Made by a program: the position numbers and the translations under genes. The notes under the pieces were generated by a model. The model was not told the origin of the DNA. It did no database searches and saw nothing but the letters and a program-made list of their open reading frames with translations. A stretch of DNA of 64,000 nucleotides from the NCBI GenBank assembly GCA_965208105.1, contig OZ242318.1, forward strand, positions 992,001-1,056,000, given 5' to 3'. Shown one piece after another: positions 19,050-28,389 of the stretch (the first letter of the stretch is position 1; each line of letters begins with the position of its first letter). This stretch comes from Candidatus Latescibacterota bacterium (GTDB lineage Bacteria > Latescibacterota > UBA2968 > UBA8231).

Positions 19050-21050
19050 GTGAAAAAAGCCGAATCTCCTCTGCATTCGCCGGCTGGCGCCAGCAGAGAG
19101 GAAGCCGGTGCCACGGCGCCTGTCATCACCCTGCGCGCCGTAGTTCTGGGCCTTCTGACCATCACCGCCATGTTCTACTACCTCACCCAGGTAGTGCACA
19201 GGATTGGTTCCGGCACCTTTGTCCACTCCCAGTTTCCCATGGCGGTCATCATCCCCTTTGTGTTCTGGCTTTTTCTGAACGTCGTGCTCAAGCGCTTGTG
19301 GCCCGGCATGGCGCTGCGCCAGGGCGAGCTGTTGACCGTCCTGGCGATGATGTGGGTCGTGGGCACCATACCGCAAAACGGGTGGATCAATTTCTGGGCG
19401 CCGATTCTAACGGCGCCGACCTATTTTGCCTCGGCGGAGAACCAGTGGGCCGATACCTTCTTCGATTACCTCCCGTGGAGCGTCTTTCCACCCACCGACA
19501 CCTTTCTGGTTCATGGATTCTGGTTCGGTCTGCCGCAGGGGGCGGCGGTGCCCTGGGACGGATGGGTGGGAGTCATCTTCCAGTGGCTGGGCGTATCGAT
19601 GGCCATGCTGGCTTTCGGATTCTGCACCATGGTCCTCTTTCAGAAGCAATGGGAGGAGAAGGAAAAGCTCACCTTTCCGCTGGCGCAGATGCCCCTCGAT
19701 TTGCTGCGCGGGTTCGATGGCCCCCGGCGCATGCCTGATCTCTTCCGCACGCGTTTGTTCTGGACCGGCGCCCTCGCGGCCTTTGTGCCCATCCTCTACA
19801 ATATCTTTACCTACTTCGCACCCGGTCTGCTGCCCCTGGAATTTTTGCAGAAGTATCGATACCTCGATCCAAGCATCCCCTTCATCGGCCATTGGAAGAT
19901 TCGCTTCATGCCCATCGTAATGGCGGTCACCTATCTGTGTCCGCTCGATATCCTGGGCAGCCTGGTGATTTTCAAACTGGTGAATTTGACCATCAAGGGG
20001 TCGATCATAAATCGCGTCGGATTTTCGGTTGGGGACCCGGGACAGCAAATCACTGGATCTGAAATCATCTTTCTGGAGAACTACGGGGCCCTGATCTTCA
20101 TCGCGATGTGGGCGATCTGGCTCGCCCGCAGACATCTGCGCGAGCTCTGGCGCCAGGCCAGTACCGGGGAGGGTGATCGCCGCGAGGTGCGGCGCTATCG
20201 CCTGGCCTGGGCCGGATTGATACTGTCGACGGGTTACGTGCTCGTCTGGGCGATGAGCCTGGGCATCAACCTGCCTGTCGCCGCCGGCGTGTTCGTGCTG
20301 ATGGTGTTGACCCTGCTGGCGACGACCAAGCTGATCGCGGCCACGGGTTTTGCCTACCTGCTTCCGTATCGCCCGCATCTGAAGGGCGACAGCTTCATGG
20401 AGGAGATTGTCGGAACCGCCAATATTCCGGCGCGCGACCTGACGGCGATGAAGATTTTTACCAGCAAGGCTTTCTTCGGCACCTTCCTCATCCCGGCATG
20501 GCCGGCGATCACGCACATCTTGCGCATGTTTTCGCTGAAGTGGCAGCCCGGGTGGGTGACGGCGGCGGTCTTCATCGCTTTTCCGGTGGGTTTCGTGGTG
20601 GCGGCGGTGACCTTGATCGAGCTGGCCTACACGGAGGGCGGGGCCATGCTCTACGTCTCGCACTACAGGATCAACCTGGTATACGATCAGATCTCTCATA
20701 TCCTGCACAATCCCACCGTGTTCGACTGGGGCAAGCTGGCCGTGTTTCTATTCGGCTGGACCGAGGCCGGCGTTCTGACCTTCTTGCGGGCTCGATTTCA
20801 CTGGTTTCCGCTGCATCCCGTGGGACTCGCTTTCGAGGGAACCTTTGGTCCCGATCTCTACTGGTTGACCCTGTCGGTTGTGTGGATAGCCAAGCTGGTG
20901 ATCTTGCGCTTCGGCGGGGTGAAGGCATATGTGGCGGGCAAACCGTTCTTCTACGGGGTGGGCATCGGCTACGTGGCCGCGGTTATCCTGTCGGCCACGG
21001 TGGATCTGATCTGGTTCCCGACAGAAGGTCATCGGGTGCACTGGTGGTAA
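19050..21050 (+). CDS. DUF6785/DUF6784-type multipass membrane protein (putative transporter)
   Basis: Many TM segments, QWEEKEKLTFPL, WFPLHPVG, K..ILRFGG..PFFYG. Confidence 0.75.
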   Translation: MKKAESPLHSPAGASREEAGATAPVITLRAVVLGLLTITAMFYYLTQVVHRIGSGTFVHSQFPMAVIIPFVFWLFLNVVLKRLWPGMALRQGELLTVLAMMWVVGTIPQNGWINFWAPILTAPTYFASAENQWADTFFDYLPWSVFPPTDTFLVHGFWFGLPQGAAVPWDGWVGVIFQWLGVSMAMLAFGFCTMVLFQKQWEEKEKLTFPLAQMPLDLLRGFDGPRRMPDLFRTRLFWTGALAAFVPILYNIFTYFAPGLLPLEFLQKYRYLDPSIPFIGHWKIRFMPIVMAVTYLCPLDILGSLVIFKLVNLTIKGSIINRVGFSVGDPGQQITGSEIIFLENYGALIFIAMWAIWLARRHLRELWRQASTGEGDRREVRRYRLAWAGLILSTGYVLVWAMSLGINLPVAAGVFVLMVLTLLATTKLIAATGFAYLLPYRPHLKGDSFMEEIVGTANIPARDLTAMKIFTSKAFFGTFLIPAWPAITHILRMFSLKWQPGWVTAAVFIAFPVGFVVAAVTLIELAYTEGGAMLYVSHYRINLVYDQISHILHNPTVFDWGKLAVFLFGWTEAGVLTFLRARFHWFPLHPVGLAFEGTFGPDLYWLTLSVVWIAKLVILRFGGVKAYVAGKPFFYGVGIGYVAAVILSATVDLIWFPTEGHRVHWW

Positions 21051-21109
21051 GAGGATATGCGGTGTGGGATCGGAGAAGGAGCTGGTCCATGGGGCCGGCC
21101 TGGTCCTGC

Positions 21110-21805
21110 TTATTCGTGCGGCACGATGCGGCGGCGCAACTCTTCTATGGAGAAGCGATCGCCCTGCAGAAAGTCGAAGTACTCGGCCTCTTCCTCGCGC
21201 ACTCCCCGGGCCCGTGCGGGCAGGTCGGCGGCGATGGCCTGGGGGATGGAGACCAGGCCGCTCTCGTCCCCGTGCAAGATATCGCCCGGAGAGATGGTCA
21301 GGCCGCAGATCGACACCGTGGTGTTGAAGTCGATGTAGGCCGGGTAGCCGTGCGAGACCACCCAGCCGGTCGAGAATACGTGGAAGTCCGGGGTGCGCTC
21401 GCGGATGCCGGAACGGTCGCGGCCATTGGCGTCGGTGACCAGCCCGACGCAGTCCAGTTGCCGCAGGATGGTGCAGAACATATCGCCGAAGAGGCAGCAC
21501 CTTTTGCGCTCGTGGCCGACGTGCTGGATCGCGAGGATGCAGGGTTTAGGCGCGGCGAGGATCAGGTCCACCAGGTCGTCGACCCGCGAGGTCCTCCGGT
21601 CGCCGGGCGTGGTGGTGTCGGCCGTGGCGGTGATGGCGGAGCCGACCATGGGGTGGGGAATTTCAGGCATCTGGCAGACCAGCCGGTGATCTGCGTAGCC
21701 CGTGGTCGGATCGCGCACCTCGAAGTGCTCGACGGCGTTGGCGATGGTGGCGCTGTCGTAGTGCCGCAGCTCCTCGATGAGCCGGGGATCGGGTGTCTGT
21801 CCCAT
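21110..21805 (-). CDS. RraA-family protein / HMG aldolase-like
   Basis: GDMF, GLVTD..RD, I.PGDILHGDESGLV.IP. Confidence 0.82.
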   Translation of the reverse strand: MGQTPDPRLIEELRHYDSATIANAVEHFEVRDPTTGYADHRLVCQMPEIPHPMVGSAITATADTTTPGDRRTSRVDDLVDLILAAPKPCILAIQHVGHERKRCCLFGDMFCTILRQLDCVGLVTDANGRDRSGIRERTPDFHVFSTGWVVSHGYPAYIDFNTTVSICGLTISPGDILHGDESGLVSIPQAIAADLPARARGVREEEAEYFDFLQGDRFSIEELRRRIVPHE

Positions 21806-21823
21806 GAGGTGAAAACCTTTCGC

Positions 21824-22870
21824 TTAAATGTCTTCGATGCCCACGGAAGCGGCGGCCTGGCGGATGGTCTCCCAGACATCGTCCTCGATGGGGATGCCGT
21901 CGCGGCGGCGGGTCCGGCGGGTGCGCTCTTCGAGATCGCCCGGGACCAGGACCTCGTCGAAGCCCGGCGCCGGCGGGGTCGTGCGGGTGCGCCGGCCCAT
22001 CTCATCGGCGGCGCGGGCGTAGTCGGCGAAGGGCTGAAAGAGGTCGGCCTTGAAGACCACCATCAAGGTGCCGGCGTAGCGGTCGTAGATGCCGCCGCGG
22101 TTCTCGTCGACGAAGTGGTCCGCGCCCGCGAAGATGCGGCCCAGGTAGTCGACCGCCAGCATCAGGGCGTACCCCTTGTGGCCGCCAAAGGCCACATGGC
22201 CGCCGCCGTTGAAAAAATCGGCCGGATCGGTGCTGGGGTTGCCCGCCTCGTCGACGATGCAGCCGGGCGGCAACTCCTCCCGGCGGCGGTGGGCGTTGAC
22301 GACCTTGACCCCGGCTACCGTGGTAGTGGCGTAGTCGAAGAACATGGGCGGGGCCTCGCCCGCGGGGAAACCCATGGCGAGAGGGTTGGTGTGCATGGTC
22401 CTGCCGCGCCCCCCATAGGGCACGGCCGTGGGGTTTTTGTTGCCCTGGCCGCCCAGAAAGACCATGGAGATCATACCCTTCCCGGCGGCCATCTCCACGT
22501 AGTGGCACAGGCGGCCGATGTGGTGGGACTGCACCAGGCCGGCGATGGCGACGTTGTGCTCAGCGGACTTTTCAATGGCCCGTTCCATGGCGTAGCGGGC
22601 GGCGATATGGCCGAAGGTCCAGTTGCCGCTCACCTGGACGCTGGCAGGGGTTTCTTTGACGACCGCGGGTCGGGCTGCAGGATCCAGCTGGCCGTCCTGG
22701 ATGTGCTCGACATAGCCTTTCAGGTGCCACACCCCGTGCGAGTCGACCCCGCTGAGGTTGGCCAGCACCAGGTGCTCGGCCACGCCCCGGGCATTGTCCG
22801 GGGTGGCGCCGGCCGCCAGCAGGATTCGGGTCGTCAGTGCCGTGAGTTCAGCGGCTGATTTTACGATCAT
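21824..22870 (-). CDS. Ldh_2 family (malate/lactate/ureidoglycolate) dehydrogenase
   Basis: GVDSHG, SHHIGRL, TNPLA, GGHKGYAL, VLVPGD. Confidence 0.9.
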   Translation of the reverse strand: MIVKSAAELTALTTRILLAAGATPDNARGVAEHLVLANLSGVDSHGVWHLKGYVEHIQDGQLDPAARPAVVKETPASVQVSGNWTFGHIAARYAMERAIEKSAEHNVAIAGLVQSHHIGRLCHYVEMAAGKGMISMVFLGGQGNKNPTAVPYGGRGRTMHTNPLAMGFPAGEAPPMFFDYATTTVAGVKVVNAHRRREELPPGCIVDEAGNPSTDPADFFNGGGHVAFGGHKGYALMLAVDYLGRIFAGADHFVDENRGGIYDRYAGTLMVVFKADLFQPFADYARAADEMGRRTRTTPPAPGFDEVLVPGDLEERTRRTRRRDGIPIEDDVWETIRQAAASVGIEDI

Positions 22871-23057
22871 TGCCCTGGCTCCACATGGGTTGAAACAGGA
22901 CGAGTATCGCCTTTGCCGCTGCGCTCGTCAACGAGCGAGGACCGGCTGCTTACTTCCCGGCCGACCTTCCACCCACGTGATGGAGACGTTCTCCGCCCCG
23001 AACTGGCCGGGTGCGATCTGGATCTGGCTTTGGGCGCGGGCATTGGGCGCCAGGAGC

Positions 23058-24692
23058 TCACAGTTTACGCGAGGGCCATGCAAAAGGGCGCCGGCCGTCG
23101 TGCCCGTAGGTGAAGAGCGCGGTCCGCCTGGGTGACTCGGCCTCCCAGCGGTACGCCCCGTGACAGACCGTCGCTCCAAGGAAGAAGAGGACAGACCCGC
23201 GGCGCATTGGAATGTGGCGGATCGGCGCGCGCTCGTTGCAGACCCGCACCGAATGCGGCAAGGGGTAGCACGATTTGTGACTGCCCGGCACTACGACGAA
23301 TCCGCCATCGTCCGGCCCGACGTCGTTCAGCTGCCAGGCGACGTTGATGACCGATTTCGTGTGCACGCGCCCGTTCACCATTTCGTAGTGCCTGCCGATG
23401 CTGGTCGGGTTGGCGTTGCCCGCGTGCAGCATCTGCCCGCTCGAGCCTTTGACGTGGCAAAGGGCCGTGTTCTGAGTTACCCTGTACCCTGGTCCGATCA
23501 TCCAGTTCAGGCGCTGGATGACGGCCGGATGCGCCAGCATTTTGAGGAATGGCGCATTGTGCGGCGCAGGTAGCTGAAACAAGTCCTTCAGGTCGGGCCT
23601 GCCCGTGCCCGAGATCGTCGGCCCCCCGGGGATGTCGGCAAGCGTCACGTCCCCGTCGAGCTTGTCGCCTACGCCCCGGTACACCAGGCGGTCGAGGTTG
23701 GCGTCGATGCCCGCCACGGCCGCATCGACCCAATCGTCGTCCATGACGCCCTCGACCAGCAGGAAGCCCTGGGTGTCAAACGCCCAGCGATCGGCATGAT
23801 CATCCCGGAGTTCGAACTCGAGAGCAGTGGAGGCCTCCTGCGCCGCGTCGATATCGTCGGCGGAGGTGAGCCAGGTGGTAGTGCCGTCCGACAGGAGCAG
23901 GCGATTCGAGTCGCCGCCCGCCAGCACGGTTTGCTCGGCCTCGCCCAGCCCTTCCGCCCATGCGGGTAGGGGCTGTTTGTCCTGCTGGTCAGGCGGCCCC
24001 TGTGGCCGAGCCGCGCGCGAGATGAAATTCACCACGAGCAGTTCGCCCTCATCACCCTGCGGGCAGACTCCGTGCAGCGTGCTGGCGGCGCACAGCAGCA
24101 CGTCACCCGCCGCCAGCGCCGGGCGCTCGGCGAGGGGGCTGGAGGATGGAATCGGTGGGGCGGGCAGCCCGCTCTTGTGCGAGCAGGGCACGACCACCAG
24201 CGGGCCCTTGCCTTCCGCGGAGTCCGTGAGGGCGATGGCCGCCACCAGCCCCTGGCACTGCCGGATGCGGACCTCTTCCCAGGCGCCGCCGGCGCGCTGG
24301 AGCATGGTTCCGTCGACGTTGCGGCCATTCCACCCCGCCACGTTGATGTAGGCCCGGTCCAGCGTGTGCGCCCCGCCTTCCAGTGGCAGCGAGGCTTCGT
24401 CGTACCCTCCCGCGGCGGCCGCAGGGACGTGCCTCGCAGAGCCGTCCTGGAGAAAGCCATCGCCGCAGAGCTCGCGCACGTAGCGTCCGACGGCGCCGGC
24501 CTCGCTGCAGAGATCGCCCAGCCCATCGCCGCCGTCGCGGCACGCGGACAGCTCGGCCTGGCTGAGGAGTTGCGGCAGCACGACGAACCCGAGCGCGTCG
24601 AAGGTGAAGTTCTGCTCTGAGGTTAGGATCGACGGCTCGTGCACGTGCGTCGCCTCGTTCCAGTGGTTCACGGTATAGGAGTCGCTGGCCAT
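23058..24692 (-). CDS. Tandem two-domain PhyH-like dioxygenase
   Basis: Two FD..GF.V starts and two VVP.SHKS motifs. Confidence 0.78.
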   Translation of the reverse strand: MASDSYTVNHWNEATHVHEPSILTSEQNFTFDALGFVVLPQLLSQAELSACRDGGDGLGDLCSEAGAVGRYVRELCGDGFLQDGSARHVPAAAAGGYDEASLPLEGGAHTLDRAYINVAGWNGRNVDGTMLQRAGGAWEEVRIRQCQGLVAAIALTDSAEGKGPLVVVPCSHKSGLPAPPIPSSSPLAERPALAAGDVLLCAASTLHGVCPQGDEGELLVVNFISRAARPQGPPDQQDKQPLPAWAEGLGEAEQTVLAGGDSNRLLLSDGTTTWLTSADDIDAAQEASTALEFELRDDHADRWAFDTQGFLLVEGVMDDDWVDAAVAGIDANLDRLVYRGVGDKLDGDVTLADIPGGPTISGTGRPDLKDLFQLPAPHNAPFLKMLAHPAVIQRLNWMIGPGYRVTQNTALCHVKGSSGQMLHAGNANPTSIGRHYEMVNGRVHTKSVINVAWQLNDVGPDDGGFVVVPGSHKSCYPLPHSVRVCNERAPIRHIPMRRGSVLFFLGATVCHGAYRWEAESPRRTALFTYGHDGRRPFAWPSRKL

Positions 24693-24904
24693 GGCTAGAC
24701 CTCGCTGGATTCTGGAGGGTGGACGGTGTTTTCCGGCATCTCTGTCCCACTCAACCCATTCAACATCCGCGGCTGTGCTGCCTGCCGAAAACACCGCTGC
24801 GGCGGCAAACTAAACAAAGTTCGCCTATCTTACAACTACGGCCACGTGGGTCCAGGGTGTCGGTCTCTCACGCGGCTCAAAGCGTCTGATACCTGAGGCC
24901 TCTG

Positions 24905-24949
24905 GCCTGACACTGGCGATGCGCTCCGCGCCTTGACCGAGAGTCCAAA
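24905..24949 (+). repeat. Dispersed repeat, copy B (partial)
   Basis: GCCTGACACTGGCGATGCGCTCCGCGCCTTGACCGAGAGTCCAAA. Confidence 0.75.
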
Positions 24950-24964
24950 GTGGGGGATTGAATC

Positions 24965-25963
24965 ATGCGATTCGGCCTGAGACTTATCGAATACCTGGGC
25001 CCGGTGCCTGAACTGGTGCGGCTGGCGGTCGCGGGCGAGAAGGCCGGCTTCGATAGCGTCTGGTTCCCGCATGACACCTTCATGCGCCACACCTGGGTGA
25101 CTACTTCGGCGGTCGCCACCGCCACAGAACGCATCGAGATCGGGTCTGTGGGGACCAATCCCTACACGACCCATCCGCTGGAGTTGGCCACGTATGCCGC
25201 GACGCTGGACGAGCTGTCAGGAGGGCGGTTCATTCTCGGCATGGGGCTACACACCCTGGACATGATCGGCTGGGCCGGAGTGGACGCTTCAGACTTCCTC
25301 CAGCGACACCGCGAGGCGGTGCACCTGATCCGGGGACTGTGGCGGGGCGAGGTCATGGAGTATGACGGTGAAGTGTTTCGGTGGGGACCGGAATGCTACC
25401 TGCGATTCAAGCCACTACGCCCTGACATTCCTATCTACCTGTCCGCGTTCGGGGAGGACTTCCTGCGATTGAGCGGCGAGATCGGCGACGGCAGCCTGCC
25501 GATGATCACGCCTCCGGCATCAGCAAAGCAGATGATCGCACCGATACGCGAGGGCCTGTCGGCAAGATCGGACACAAAGAATGATTACATGATTTCGGGC
25601 TGTGGCTGGCTTTCGCTCTCGGAGAAAAAGATCGCAGCCTCGGAAGTCATGAAGAACATGGCCGCCTATTTCGGCCCCTATCTCGAGGACCATGCCCTTG
25701 AGACCATCGGGCTTCGGGCCGCCGACTTCGCGCCGCTTCGCGAGTTGGTGGATGCGGGGCGCATGGAAGAAGCGCGTGACCACGTAACGCCGGACATGCT
25801 GCGGCTGGGAATTGCCGGAACGCCCGCCGAAGTCATTGCCCAGATCCATGAGTTGGCCGAAGCCGGCGTCAACGAGGTAAACCTTGGTGGTCCATTGGGG
25901 CCTGATCCGGAAGAAGCCATACGCCTGATAGGCGAGGAGGTCATCCCCGCCTTTCGCGGCTAG
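24965..25963 (+). CDS. LLM-class flavin/F420-dependent oxidoreductase
   Basis: EKAGFDSVW, TNPYT.HP, TLDELSGGRFILG.G. Confidence 0.88.
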   Translation: MRFGLRLIEYLGPVPELVRLAVAGEKAGFDSVWFPHDTFMRHTWVTTSAVATATERIEIGSVGTNPYTTHPLELATYAATLDELSGGRFILGMGLHTLDMIGWAGVDASDFLQRHREAVHLIRGLWRGEVMEYDGEVFRWGPECYLRFKPLRPDIPIYLSAFGEDFLRLSGEIGDGSLPMITPPASAKQMIAPIREGLSARSDTKNDYMISGCGWLSLSEKKIAASEVMKNMAAYFGPYLEDHALETIGLRAADFAPLRELVDAGRMEEARDHVTPDMLRLGIAGTPAEVIAQIHELAEAGVNEVNLGGPLGPDPEEAIRLIGEEVIPAFRG

Positions 25964-25989
25964 CCGTTTTCCGGGCCAAGGCGAGCATC

Positions 25990-26075
25990 GTGAAGACTTG
26001 CGATGACCTCATCATTCTCGGCGGCAGCCACAACGGGCTGGTTTGCGCCTGCGACCTTGCCGGCGCCGGGCATAC
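25990..26075 (+). pseudogene. N-terminal FAD-binding stub of a phytoene desaturase-like oxidoreductase
   Basis: DLIILGGSHNGLVCACDLAGAG, then loss of coding similarity. Confidence 0.55.
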
Positions 26076-26149
26076 GGCGGAGTGTACTCTCAACGCTCCT
26101 TCAAGCCCCGGATTGATCCGGATACGCGCCGACAGGCGACCAAACTACC

Positions 26150-26260
26150 TGCAAGCTCGCTCGAAGGACCAGCAAACGATCCTCAGGAAGCTGCCTGACC
26201 CTGGCGGTGCGCTCAGCACCTTGACCGAGGGTCCAAAAGGTCCTCATTTTACCTGTACTT
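26150..26260 (+). repeat. Dispersed repeat, copy C (long form)
   Basis: TGCAAGCTCG..CGATCCTCAGGAAGCTGCCTGACCCTGG..CCTCATTTTACCTGTACTT, collinear with 31734-31846. Confidence 0.88.
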
Positions 26261-26306
26261 TCCCAACCGGAAGAACCCATCAAGCATGAACTGAGGGGGT
26301 CAAAAA

Positions 26307-27230
26307 ATGAAAAAAGCAAGCTCGGCAGAGGCAAAGGAACCTGTCATTCCCACCTACGCCAACGAACAGGTCCTTGAGGAACCGGCGAGAAGAATAAGGC
26401 AGGAGCTCTACCACGATGCAGGCTACGATGCGATCTGGCGGCTCTCCAACTGCGGTTTCGTCCTTCGGCTGAACACTACCTACATCTTCTTCGATCCCAT
26501 TCTTACTTCTCCTCTTCCCTCTTACGTTGCCCATCGGAAGCGGGTTGAGGAAGGCGGTGAACATCCGTACCGCCTGGAGTTGAAATACCATGACCGCCCG
26601 GAGAATGTCTCAAAGGAGATTCATACCCTGCCGCTCTACCCGGAAGAGATAGAAAAGGCCGATTTTGTGATGCTCAGCCACGAGCACGCGGACCATTTCG
26701 ACCTCACCGGCTTGCAGCGGTTGGCTCACTTGAATCCCACTATCGTGGCTCCCAGGTCCTGTCACGCGGAACTGAAGAAAATCGGCTATCCCGATCGGAG
26801 CATCGTGGAAGCCGGATATGGTGAAACCCGGGAGTGGAATGAATTTTCAGTGCGAATCGTGCCGGCCAGCCACCACGGCTGCACTGATGCCTGCGGCTAC
26901 CTGCTCAGTACTCGACACGGAAATATCTACTTCCACGGCGACGGAAGATTCGACCACAAGGATAAGGAGGAAGTCGTCGGTCTGGATGTCGACTACCTTC
27001 TCCTCCCCATCAACGACACCAATCTCGGCGTCGGATTCGCCGCCCTTCTCACCCACCTGCTCCAGCCCCGGGTCGTCATTCCCTGCCACTACGGCTACAT
27101 CTATCCCGCCCTGCGCCACCAGGGAGGGCATCCGGCGGAATTCGTTACTGCCCTGGCTGCGCGCAACTACAAGATACCCGGCACCGACATCATGATTCTC
27201 AGCCCCGGAGGAAGGGTGATTCTGGCGTAG
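26307..27230 (+). CDS. MBL-fold hydrolase (UlaG-like)
   Basis: SHEHADH, ASHH, FHGD, LLPIN, IPCHY. Confidence 0.82.
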   Translation: MKKASSAEAKEPVIPTYANEQVLEEPARRIRQELYHDAGYDAIWRLSNCGFVLRLNTTYIFFDPILTSPLPSYVAHRKRVEEGGEHPYRLELKYHDRPENVSKEIHTLPLYPEEIEKADFVMLSHEHADHFDLTGLQRLAHLNPTIVAPRSCHAELKKIGYPDRSIVEAGYGETREWNEFSVRIVPASHHGCTDACGYLLSTRHGNIYFHGDGRFDHKDKEEVVGLDVDYLLLPINDTNLGVGFAALLTHLLQPRVVIPCHYGYIYPALRHQGGHPAEFVTALAARNYKIPGTDIMILSPGGRVILA

Positions 27231-27265
27231 CAATCCAAGGAGGCTTATACCCCGGCGCCTTTCGT

Positions 27266-27295
27266 TTGCAAAGAATGGCCCATAAGCCGTATAAT
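27266..27295 (+). promoter_or_regulatory. Sigma70-like promoter; hpt transcript probably leaderless
   Basis: TTGCAA-18 nt-TATAAT with the ATG 7 nt downstream and no RBS. Confidence 0.5.
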
Positions 27296-27302
27296 CAAGA
27301 GC

Positions 27303-27848
27303 ATGCCTCGCAGTCAGTTTGAAACTCCCGCCTTAAGAGTGCTGATTGAGCGCCAGCAAGTGGAGCAACGCATCGGCGAGTTGGCCAAGATGATAGCCGT
27401 CGACTACGCGGGGTCTGCCCCCTTATTTATTGGCCTCCTCAACGGAGCAGTACAGTTTACGGCGGCCCTGATGGACCGCCTGCCCGAGGAGTTATTGGTG
27501 CGGTTGGACTACGACTTCGTTGGTGTTTCGAGCTATCAGGGCACGGAAAACACCGGACAGATCGAGCTGACCAAAGACCTCGTTGTCGACGTAGCCGGAC
27601 GAGACGTGCTCGTCGTCGATGGCATCGTCGATACGGGCCGATCCCTGGACTTTGTGATAGCCACGATAAAGTCGCGGCAACCTCTTTCGCTCAGAGCGTG
27701 TACGTTGCTCAACAAATCTGTCCGCAGGGAGATTCCAGTGACGATAGATTACTGTGGTTTTGAAATTGAAGACACGTTCGTCGTCGGCTACGGCATGGAT
27801 TGCGACCAGCGCTACCGCGCCCTGCGCCACATCGCCACCATTGGATGA
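27303..27848 (+). CDS. hpt: Hypoxanthine phosphoribosyltransferase
   Basis: VSSY, VLVVDGIVDTG.SL, FVVGYGMD..YR.L. Confidence 0.88.
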   Translation: MPRSQFETPALRVLIERQQVEQRIGELAKMIAVDYAGSAPLFIGLLNGAVQFTAALMDRLPEELLVRLDYDFVGVSSYQGTENTGQIELTKDLVVDVAGRDVLVVDGIVDTGRSLDFVIATIKSRQPLSLRACTLLNKSVRREIPVTIDYCGFEIEDTFVVGYGMDCDQRYRALRHIATIG

Positions 27849-27947
27849 TATAGGGGAGAAGAGAAGCCATGGCCCCCGCGTTTGCATCCAATAACCCCGC
27901 TGTGCACGCCCTGAAGGATTTCTACTGCCCCCACGACTGAGGACGGA

Positions 27948-28328
27948 TCAGCCCTCAGTCAGGATGGCGTAGACCTCGATCTCCACGCGCAGTTGGGGAT
28001 TTGCCAGAGCGGCCACTTGCACCAGGGTCGAGGCCGGCTTGACCTCGGCGAAGCGCTCGCGGTGGGCCCGGGCCACCTCCTTCATGTCCGACATGTCAGT
28101 CACGTAGACGACCGTCCGCACCACGTCCTTGATGTCCGCCCCCGCCTCGGACAGGGCCGCGGCGATGATGTCGAGAGCAGCCGCCGATTGCTCGTAGGCG
28201 CCTCCATCGTCGTGGGGCGGTCTGGCGCAGGTGCCGGCCACGTGGACCTGGTCGCCAACCCGCACCGCCCGCGAATAGGCGAACTCCTCCTCGAAGTAGT
28301 TATTGCTCGATATGTTCCGCCGTGTCAT
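27948..28328 (-). CDS. RidA-family protein
   Basis: YSRAVRVG..VAGT, DVVRT, PASTLVQV, VEIE. Confidence 0.9.
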   Translation of the reverse strand: MTRRNISSNNYFEEEFAYSRAVRVGDQVHVAGTCARPPHDDGGAYEQSAAALDIIAAALSEAGADIKDVVRTVVYVTDMSDMKEVARAHRERFAEVKPASTLVQVAALANPQLRVEIEVYAILTEG

Positions 28329-28333
28329 GGGTC

Positions 28334-28363
28334 TCCTTTTCTACTTCAGCAGCAGCATCTTGC
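28334..28363. repeat. 30-bp perfect direct repeat, left copy
   Basis: TCCTTTTCTACTTCAGCAGCAGCATCTTGC, identical to 33368-33397. Confidence 0.9.
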
Positions 28364-28389
28364 TCATTGCCGCGTGCCCGGGCTGTTTT

